Program-made: the position numbers and the translations under genes
Assembly (NCBI RefSeq): GCF_018350175.1
Contig: NC_058381.1
Span: forward strand, 60,512,001 to 60,576,000
Direction of reading: 5' to 3'
Source: Felis catus
Lineage: Eukaryota
DNA: 64,000 nucleotides
Part shown: in pieces, positions 55,201 to 64,000 of the stretch
Numbering within the stretch: position 1 is the first letter of the stretch
Layout of the letters: every line of letters begins with the position of its first letter
The notes under the pieces: model-generated
Database searches by the model: none
Told to the model about the DNA's origin: nothing
The model's input: the letters and a program-made list of their open reading frames with translations, nothing else

Positions 55201-58200
55201 AGCCAGGGACCCCTGCCTTTCTACAAGAAGGTGTTGCTGGGTTCCATCAGCGGTGAGCTGCCAACTGGGCTGGGCTGGGCGGGGGAGGGTGGGGGCACGT
55301 GGGCATCGCCAGTAGCCGCATGCTGGCTCCGGGGTCTGTCGCCCCAGGTTGCATCGGAGGCTTCGTGGGGACCCCTGCAGATATGGTCAACGTCAGGTCA
55401 GTGTGCACACCCACCCAGGTCGGGGTCTTTCCTGTCCCCTGACGGGACCGCGGTGTGTTCTGCTCGGAAAGAGCCGCTCACGCCTTGGGGTCCTGGGCGC
55501 TGGGGGGCAGGCTGGGGCGGGCCCAGCTGCTCACTGCCAGGGTGAGCCCTGGAGCCCGCTGACCTCCGTGCGGGGCGTGTGAGGCGCCCCCTGAGCCGGT
55601 GCCCCCCGTTCCAGGATGCAAAACGACGTGAAGCTGGAGCCCAGTCAGCGCCGAAAGTGAGTAGCAGGGCCGAGGTCAGCTCCTGGGGCTTCCTGGCGGC
55701 TGTGGGGGGCCAAGCAGGCGCCAGCGTGGACCCCAGTGGGCCGTGCTGCCTGTGGCGGCTGACGGCCCTGGGAAGCCCGCACGGGGCACGGCCGTCCTGG
55801 GTCAGAAGGCCTCCGGCTCTTTCTTTGGGGGAGAGTCTGGGATGGTGGCTGGGCTCCCAGGGCCCCCGAGGCCCGTGCTTGTCCTTGTTCACAGGGAGGA
55901 TGGTTTAGAAGTTTGAGTCTGGGCCTTCAAACAGGTTTGGAAGCTGGGATTTTTTTTTTTTTTTTAACGGTAAAAATCTTATTTTCCATGAAGTTTAAGT
56001 TCTTGTTAACTCCAAAGCTGCCTACGGTTTGCCGTCCTAGCTAAGGTGCAGACACGGGCTGCAGTCAGCTGAGCAGTGAAATGGGGCTCCAGGCAAGCCC
56101 GTTGTCCTCTCTGTGGCCAGACCGCGAGCCAAGGGAACGGGGTGGAAGGAGGTCAGGCAGGCCCCCTCCTCACCCTCAGCAACAGCGGGCAGACAGGACC
56201 AGCCCCAGAGCAAGGGTTTTCTGGTGGTAGTTGGGAGATCTTCAGGCTCCTTTGTCCCCTGACTCCTGTGAGAGCTGCATGGCTCTCCCCAGGGAGGACC
56301 CTCCCTCGGGGGCTGGCGGTCAGGGAGAGCCTCACGGTGTCCATTCTGTGTCCCTGGCAGCTACGCCCATGCCTTGGATGGCTTGTACCGCGTGGCCCGA
56401 GAAGGTAAGAGGAGGGGGTCCAAGGAGGCCGAGGGTGTGGGGAGCGTCGTGCAGGACCTGGGGGGGCCTCACCTCCTTCCTCCGGCATGGGGGGCGTGTG
56501 CGGGACCTGGGCGGGCCCGAGGGATCGGGCTGGGCGGGGCGCCTCACCTCCTTTCTCTGGCAGAGGGTCTGAAGAAGCTGTTCTCTGGCGCGAGCATGGC
56601 GGCCAGTCGCGGGATGTTCGTCACCGTGGGCCAGGTGGGGCTTCTGCTGGCCCTGGGGTTCGGTCAGCCCAGGTGGTGTCACTGTGGGCCCCCATCCGCT
56701 TTCCCCAGAGCTGGGGGCCCTCCTCCAGGCCCTGATCGCCCCTGCACGCCCACAGCTGTCCTGCTACGATCAGGCCAAGCAGCTGGTCCTCAGCACCGGG
56801 TACCTGGCCGACAACATCTTTACTCACTTTGTCGCCAGCTTCATCGCGGTGAGTGCTGGGTTCGCGGAGGTGGTGGGGGTCCCTCACCAGCCTTGGGAGC
56901 TGAGGGTACCCAGGACGAGGCCCGAGCCCAGAAAGCAGGAGGCTTGGGGCGAGTCTGGGGGTGTCCCTCCGGGTTGTGTAAGTGGGCACCGAGGCCCTGG
57001 GGAGGGAGGAGCTCACGGATGCCCTGCTGCCGAAGCCAGGACAGTCCCTGGTTGGTTCCTGGTGTACCCTCGGGATGCATCCGGGGATCCGGGCCGGGGG
57101 CTGTGAGGGGAGAGGGAGGGTGCTTGCGCACTCTGCCTGGCAGGCCCGTTGGTGATAAGTGCCCCCACCTCACCCCACCCCACCCAGGGTGGATGTGCCA
57201 CGGTCCTGTGTCAGCCCCTCGACGTCCTGAAGACCCGCCTGATGAACTCCAAGGGCGAGTACAAGGTGAATGGGGGCTGCAGGCACCACCCCCTCCCGAG
57301 TACAGACCCAGGGGCCCAGGGGGGCAGCGGGGAGGGAGGGAGTCCCCGTGCTGCCACTTGACGCTCCATGGCTGGAGGAGCCCCGTCCTGGCAGGTGGAT
57401 GAGGCTCTTCCCTCTGTGACTGCGTCCCCTCAGTTGTCCTCCCCGGCTGGCCCCGGGGCAGCGGTCGGCACTGTGTGTTTTTAAAGATTTTATTTTATTT
57501 ATTTTTTTTGAGTAGGTTCCATGCCCGACATGGGGGTTGATCTCACGACCCTGAGATCAAGAGTCGCAGGCTCTACCGATGGAGCCCGCCAGGCACCCCC
57601 CTGTATGTGTTTTTAAATCCGATTCCTCGATGCGTTCACAGAGGCAGCCGGTTCACTGTAGTCCATGAACTTTCGGGAAGTGCCCGGGGCAGACCCACAG
57701 CGCACGCCGCGGCTCCCCAGTCATTACGGTGCCCTGCTTCGTGCCTGCCCTGCCGCGTGAACAGTCCCCCACGCGCTGTGGGGGCCCGGCGGGTCGCCTG
57801 CCCTGGCTCTGGTTTTGCTGTGTCAGCAGACGGGGTGGCCATTCGCCCCCCCCCCCCTCCCCCGCACTCGCCTCCAGCTGTCGTTACCTTTGACCTCTCT
57901 GCACAGGGCTGCTGGCTGGTGCTGAGGGTGGGAGGGGGGTTGATTTGTGCCTTTCAAGCCAAAAGCAGCCTTTCTTTTATTGCTTTGCTTTGTTTTGTGT
58001 TTTCTGCAGGGTGTCTTTCACTGCGCTGTAGAGACAGCAAAGCTCGGGCCGCTGGCCTTTTACAAGGTTGGGCAGGGCTGAGGCGGCAGGGCTGGGGCGG
58101 CAGGGCTGGGGCGGCAGGGCTGGGGGTCCCTCTGGGGTCTTCTGACTCCCTGCTTCCCCTTTCCCCGCCCAGGGCCTCGTGCCTGCAGGCATCCGCCTCA

Positions 58201-58274
58201 TGCCGCACACCGTGCTCACGTTTGTCTTCCTGGAACAGCTTCGCAAACACTTTGGCCTCAAAGTGCTCTCCTGA
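51855..58274 (+). CDS. SLC25A10: Mitochondrial dicarboxylate carrier, 287 aa; exons 51855-51947, 54424-54543, 55138-55252, 55348-55396, 55615-55656, 56361-56404, 56564-56634, 56756-56848, 57188-57265, 58010-58066, 58173-58274
   Basis: 864 nt in frame; three carrier signature motifs (HPLDLLK, TPADMVNVR, QPLDVLKTR); all junctions GT-AG. Confidence 0.97.
52205..52270 (+). mobile_element. MIR fragment
   Basis: tacctgtgtgaccttgggctagtcacttggcctctctgagccagtttcc. Confidence 0.6.
54005..54330 (+). mobile_element. Two MIR fragments in SLC25A10 intron 1
   Basis: gcctcggtgtcctcatctgtaaagtggg and gcctcagtttcccgcctctaaactgggg. Confidence 0.55.
57478..57600 (-). mobile_element. Short Can-SINE
   Basis: GGGGGTTGATCTCACGACCCTGAGATCAAGAGTCGC...CCAGGCACCCC. 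Confidence 0.85.
58071..58126 (+). repeat. 4 x 14-bp G-rich tandem repeat (GGCAGGGCTGGGGC) in SLC25A10 intron 10
   Basis: Units start at 58071, 58085, 58099 and 58113. Confidence 0.9.
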
Positions 58275-59271
58275 CGGGGCCAAGGAGTGGGCTGAGCCAG
58301 CGCCAGCCCCCAGCGCCAGGCTCTTCCGGGGTCTGGGAGGGCCGTGGGCGAGCGCTGCCCTGAGCCCAGCATCTGCCCCGGCGCGCCCGGCCTCCCTGGC
58401 CCCTGGCCCCAGACCCCACCCTGTCCTTTCCCAGCAGGCTCATTCCAGTGACCTTCGCCCCCTCCATCTCCTACCTGCCCGCCCCAGCCTGTCCCCTGCA
58501 CACTGCTGACTCACCCAGAGGGGAGGTATCCAGGCCCCGGGTCCGGTTTTCTCTTCCTCCCTGGGTAGCTGGTTAACACTGGAGGTGGGAGAGCTGGGCT
58601 GGGGCTTCTAGGGTCTGGGGTCCCCTGCCCCTTCTCCTTTGGCCCCTGAGGGTTCTTCATTTCATCGAGCAGCCGCCTGGGGCCCTCAACACCATCTTCC
58701 AGCAGCTTCCGTGGAGGACCTGGGTGGCAGAGCAGTGGGGCGCAGACCCCCTGCAGTGCTTTACCAAATTGTGTGTGTGCACATGGCACTTTTATCCGTG
58801 GAGAGGGACCACCGCTTTTCCGAAGTTCTCGAAGGCGGCCACACTCTGGCCGCTCCAGGCCAGTGGGCAGATGGCACCGTGCAGAAACCACGTGCCCAGG
58901 AGGGAGGTGACCACATGGCCCGCGGGCGCCAGGTCCAGCCAGCCCCCGGTTGCTTTCACAAGTAGTTTCGCCAGAACCTCAGAGCCAGGAGGTCCTGCTG
59001 CCTTCAGGGAGCGTGCGGTGTCGTGCACGGGGTCCGCGCCTCCCCCTGCTCCCTGCACAGCACCCTCTGCGCAGTGTCCCTCAGGGGCCCTCTCTGTGTG
59101 GACGGCAGCTGTCCTCAAGGCCCCCCGCAGCCGAGACCCAGATGTCAGCACCTGGGTTCTGTCCAAGCAGCCTGTCCTCCCGCAAGTGGGCCGGGGCCAC
59201 GTCCATCTGCCTCCCCAGGACCCCCGGGTACTGCACCCCCACCCCAGCAAGGGGTGTTCCGCAGGGACACT

Positions 59272-59277
59272 AATAAA
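59272..59277 (+). terminator. Polyadenylation signal AATAAA, likely SLC25A10
   Basis: First AATAAA after the stop, about 1 kb downstream. Confidence 0.7.
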
Positions 59278-59924
59278 GGACCGTGAAGTGCTCTGAGTCT
59301 GGCCTCCAGGGCAACAGACCCACTCTGCATCCTCCAAGGAGGGCTCTCCAGTGTCCGGGGCGGTGGGGGAGGCGGGGGCAAGGCTGAGGGCCCAGAGTGG
59401 GAAAGAAGCCCCTGGATACATTGGGGCAGCCTGCGGGCAAAGGAATTGGGGGACACTGGGCTGACAGCAGCCCAAAACCGGGGAAGGAGAGAGGAAGGGT
59501 GTGCAGGTTGGAGGTCTGGTCAGCATTGAGTTTCCAGATCCAAGTTACCATGGACCCCCAGGGTTTCCCCTTTTCAGCAGGCACCTGAGCGCCATGGTTT
59601 GAGGGTCCCCTGTTGGGCCGGCCGGCTGCCCTGGGAGCCCTCCCTTTGGCTGTGGGAGGAGCCCCTGGAGTCGGAGTCCTGGGCTCTTGGGCACTGCCCG
59701 GTTGTCTGGCAAGCCCAGAAAGGGGCTGGGGAGACCCTGGCTCTCGAAGACTTCAGACCTTCGGGCAGACGGGCTGGGGCAGGAGCTGGTGTGAGTACCA
59801 CCTGAGGCCTTGAAGTGTTCCAGGACCTGTGGGCGCCGCCCCGGGGGCCACCTGCTCACCAGAGACTGACAGGTGGTCTGCTGGCAGCTCGTCCAGACAT
59901 GAGGACCTCCGACACCGTCCTGGA

Positions 59925-60240
59925 GCATTTCAAGTGTATAAAAAAATTAGTGGTGAGGGTCGCCCAGCTCTGCAAATGTACTAAAACCCGCTGTATCCTG
60001 ATAAAGCTGTTCCTGCAAAATCAAGCCTGTCCACCCCAGCTACAGGGTAAGCACCCACTGGGCTGTCCGTGACCTTCACGCCCCACAGCCCCGTCCCCAC
60101 CCACTGCATTATTTGGAAGCAAATCCCAGACTTTGAATCATCTGCAGACAGATACTTCGCACCTGTACCTGTACGTTAGTCTTTCAGAGCATGTGATCGC
60201 TGCGGTGGTAATCCACCCAAGATAGAAACTAACGGTCAGT
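59925..60240. mobile_element. Degraded L1M fragments
   Basis: AT-richer patch with L1 3'-like phrases (gcaaatgtactaaaaccc; attatttggaagcaaatcccagac); approximate. Confidence 0.4.
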
Positions 60241-61930
60241 CTTCACTACCCTCGGGTTTCCCGGCTGCCCTGTGCTGGCTGTGTGCAGAGCGGGGTCCCC
60301 TCCCTGCCGTTTCTCTGCAGCTCGTCCAGTGGGCTCTTTCCTAAATCCAGCAAGCGATCTGGATCCAGGCCCACTCCTGGGCGAGAGAACTTGGTGTGGG
60401 GCGTGGTTCCTGCCACATCCTTGCCAGGGGTCTCCGGGTCTGGCCACGTTTGGGGGTCAGCACAGAGCAGCCGTGTGCCCTGACATGCACAGAGGAAGCG
60501 GGCCGGCCCGGCTTGCTGTGTTCGAGGTGCGCTCTGGCCCTGCCCGGCTGTGCGGTGGCCTGGGGTTCACACAGGGTTCCCCAGCCCAGGCCACAGCCCC
60601 CCCATGGAGGGGACTAGAACCCACAGCCCAAACAGGAAATCAGGACAGGCAGGGGTGAGTGAATGAGCCGTAGGAAGGCTGCTGCTTCTCGGACCCCGGC
60701 AGCAAGTTTGGGCCACTTGAGGGGCAAGTTCTCGCCTCGAAGCCCGCTTGGGCTCACCACAGGATGGTCTGCCCTACGTGAAGCTGGCATTTCACCAGCT
60801 GCCTCCCAGGACCAGGGGGAGGAAGTGCCCTGACTGGTTTGGTAGGGACAGGACAGGCCTGGCAGGGACGTGGCAGGACGCGGAGGAGGGAGGGATACTA
60901 CCTTTCCTGGAGCAGAGATGTCCACCCGCCCACCCCGTGGCTTCCCAGGGCGGAGCTTGGGGCGGAAGGGCGGCTGGAAGGCCTGGGCCCCTCGATCTCT
61001 GTGCGGCCTCAGAACCCAGGCTCCACCTGCGGTCTGGCCCCAAGCCGATTAATTTCACACTCGGGCCTGAGGGCATGTCAGCATTTCCAGGGTCTGCCTC
61101 AGCCCTTTTTTTTAAAGAAACACATTATAATTTACAAAAAGTTACGTGACGGGCATTATCAATTTCCAACAAGGGCGCCGAGACCAGTCCCGGGGAGAGG
61201 GCAGTCTGTCCACGAGCATCGCGGGGCAGCTGGGCGTCCGCGTGCTGAGGCGTGCGGCCGGACCCTCCCCTCGCACGTCCACAGTCTCACCGGCAGTGGG
61301 TCTTCCACCCCCGTGTCAGAGCTGACACGGTGACCCTGGCGGGAACCAGCAGGGGCCACGCACCCAGAGCTCGCTCTGGCAGGGGCCAAGAAGCGTGTGT
61401 CCACACAGACACTTGTGCACAGACGGTCACGGCCGCCTGTGGTGTAAAACCAACCGAACGTCCACCACCTGGCCGGGGGACCACGTGTGTGTTCGCCTAA
61501 CGCAGTATTCTTTGGCCATAAAAGAACGAAGTCCAGACGGCCGGGAGAATCCAGCGTGTGCTGTGGGGACACCGGAGGACCCCAGCCCCGGCTGCAGGGC
61601 CCGTCTCTCCGTCTGCACCCCGAGGCCGCCCCCCTCCCCCGCCCCTAGCGCAGCACCCGCAGCACCCGGGGCGGTGGAGGTCAGGTCACCCTGGACTTTC
61701 CCCCATTGCAATAAGGGGAAGTTACCGAGTGATTACTGAGTCAAGCCTCCTGCTTTGGGCCGTGGTTGTCCTTGCCAGTGGACGCTGTCTCAGGAGTGAG
61801 GACAGCCAGGCGCAGGTCCACAGCCGCGCACAGAAACGGGGGAAGGTTAGCGCGGCTCCAGCACCAGGACCGCACGCAGAGAGAGGCATCCTGTAGTTTC
61901 CCAACTAAAAACTGGGTTTGAAAAAAGAAA

Positions 61931-62030
61931 GGGGCACCTGGGTATCTCAGTGGGTGGAGCCTGCGACTCTTGATCTCCAGGTTGTGGGTTCGAGCCCCAC
62001 GTTGGGTGTAGAGACAGCTTAGAAATAAAA
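61931..62030 (+). mobile_element. Short Can-SINE
   Basis: GGGGCACCTGGGT...GTGGGTTCGAGCCCCACGTTGGG. Confidence 0.8.
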
Positions 62031-62035
62031 TGCTA

Positions 62036-62255
62036 GGGGTGCCTGGGTGGCTCCGTTGGTTAAGCATCTGATTTTGGCTCAGGTCATGACCTCAGGGTTT
62101 GTGAGTTCAAGCCCCACGTTGGGCTGTCTGCCGTCAGCACAGAACCCGCTTCAGATCCTCTGTCCCCCTCTCTGCCCCTTCCCTGCCTGTGCTCTTTCAA
62201 AAATAAACATTAATAAGCAAGTAAGTAAAATGCCAGAAAGAAAAAAAAAAAAAAA
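62036..62255 (+). mobile_element. Can-SINE
   Basis: GGGGTGCCTGGGTGGCTC head, core and A tail. Confidence 0.88.
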
Positions 62256-62499
62256 ACACTTCAAGCAATACACAAAACTACAAAGGGAGCCAAACAGGTC
62301 GAAATGTCCCTCCCACCCGCACATTCCCCAGTAGTAGTGTTGGTAACACAGAAACGGGACCATCTGTCGTAATGGGACCGTAACATATGGGAGCGTTTAT
62401 AATGCTATATGGAAACATTAAATAAGACATCCATTTCATATCTTGCTTAGAAGGGAGATAATTATATTTAACTTTGAAAAGAGAATTTCCTTTCCAAGA

Positions 62500-62598
62500 T
62501 TTTACTTTTAAGTAACGTCTACGGCCGACGTGGGGCTCAAACCCACAACCCCGAGATTGAGAGTCACACGCTCTGCTGGCTGAGCCAGCCGGGTGCTC
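62500..62598 (-). mobile_element. Short Can-SINE
   Basis: GTGGGGCTCAAACCCACAACCCCGAGATTGAGAGTC. Confidence 0.8.
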
Positions 62599-63177
62599 AC
62601 AGGAATAAGTGATGGACTAGGGACCCGGTGAGCGGCCACACTGAAGTCGGGGACGCGAGGGGGCGTTGGGGGCACGGCCTTGTGACGAACACACTGCCCT
62701 CCCCGCCCAGTCCCTCCAGGAACTTTGGATCCCTGCGTGAGGCTGGTGGGCGTTTGGGGCAGTTGGGGACAAGGGCGGAGCCCTGAAACCAGCCCAAAGG
62801 AGTGTAGAGGGCAGGCTGGCGGGCAGGGAGAGCCTTCTCCGCGACCCCGCCACCCTGGGCCACCAGCCTCTTCCCGCTCTGCTCCCCCGACCCATTAGTT
62901 CCTCTGTCCGTTTAGGGGTTTTAAGGGACCTTGCACCTCGACACAAACTCCACATCGGGAAGGCTCTTCTTGGGACGGTACACACACCTCCCTCCGACCA
63001 GACCCTCCCCGGAAACACCCCGCCCGCCTGACCTGGGTACTTTCCCCGCTTCGCTGGGCTGTGACAGAGCAGGGGACAGACAGACACGCCACGGGGAATC
63101 TCCACTGCTCAGGAAACGTTCCACGAGATGCTAGTTCCCAAAAAATGATGGAAAACAGGGCAAAGTGGAGTCATGTG

Positions 63178-63660
63178 CCTTTTCTCCTCCCGGCCCTTCC
63201 CCTCCTCTCCCCTCCCCTCCCCTCCCCATTCTGTCTTCCTCCCTCCTCCTCCCCTTCTCTTCCCCTTCCCCTCCTCCTCCTCCTCCCCCCTCTCCCTCCC
63301 TTTGTCTCCTCTCTTTACCCTCCCTTCCTCCCCCTCCCTGCTCCCCCTCCCCCTCCCCTTCCTTTCCCCTTCTCCCCTTCTCTTCCCCTCCCTTCCCCCC
63401 TCTCCCCCTCCCCTCTCTTATTTCTCCTCCCCTCTCCCCCCTCCCTTCCCCATTCCTAGTCCCCTCTTCTGCCTCCCCTCCTTCCCTCCCCCTCCTCTTT
63501 CTCCTCTCCCTCCCCTTCCTCCCCACCCCTTCCCTTTGTCCCCTCTCTCCCCTCACTTCCTCCCCCTCCTCCCCTCCCCTTTCCCTCTCTCTCTCTCCCT
63601 CACCTCCCCTTCCCTTCCTCCTCCTCCCTTTCTCCCCCTCCCCTTCTTCCCCTGCTCCCC
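63178..63660 (+). repeat. About 480-bp nearly pure C/T low-complexity tract
   Basis: Direct observation; almost no purines on the plus strand. Confidence 0.95.
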
Positions 63661-64000
63661 AGGCCACCCAACCACCTGACACCCAGTGGTCAACCTGTCC
63701 TCTGAGACCAGTGGCTGTCCTGCTGGTGCATAAGCCAGAGGGGTCTGTCCCTGGGCTCAGGCCCACACTCTGCGACCAGCAGGACCCCTTCTGAGGGTTG
63801 GGCACAGGCGACCCTGGAACTTGCCCCTCCTGTAGTGTGTGTTCTCCAGCACGGAAGCTTGCCTCTGTCCTGCCCTTGAAGGTGCCCCTGGCTCCCCGGC
63901 AGCCCCGTCTGGACCCTGCCCTGTGGGTCTCCAGGACCCTCACCCTCTGCCCCCTGGGACCTGGACCCAGGGGGACAATCGGCGGGAGGCGCCCCCAGGC

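Noticed and set aside
56374-57402. 342-aa ORF in SLC25A10
   Set aside because: Patchwork of real exon pieces and intron read-through.
63131-63943. Long ORFs in several frames (Pro/Ser/Leu or Gly/Glu/Arg rich)
   Set aside because: Products of the C/T low-complexity tract, which cannot encode stop codons.

Overview
Eukaryotic, GC-rich mammalian genomic DNA. The many tRNA-derived Can-SINEs of the SINEC_Fc type point to a carnivore, most likely a cat or other felid. Gene order matches what I recall of human 17q25.3: NPLOC4 (-, exon 1 only), TSPAN10 (+), PDE6G (-), OXLD1 (-), CCDC137 (+), ARL16 (-), HGS (+), MRPL12 (+), an RPL12 processed pseudogene (-), SLC25A10 (+), then intergenic DNA. I built exon models by hand from splice signals, reading-frame continuity and recalled human orthologue proteins; no database search was run. 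All complete CDS models add up to intact frames. No CRISPR arrays, rRNA or true tRNA genes are present. Most ORFs in the supplied track are GC-rich shadows. The main findings concern splicing. (1) ARL16 intron 1 carries U12 (minor spliceosome) 5' splice-site and branch-point motifs but has CT...AC ends, the exact reverse complement of GT...AG. (2) HGS has an in-frame 90-bp tandem duplication across an exon/intron boundary, giving a composite 135-nt intron built from two 45-nt pieces and an exon copy. (3) Two GC-AG introns occur, in OXLD1 and HGS. (4) Several A/T-to-G/C changes sit at normally constrained positions, which suggests GC-biased gene conversion. Other findings include a 44-bp-period array in the MRPL12 promoter, a possibly frameshifted TSPAN10 tail, and CRX and MITF site clusters at the eye genes.
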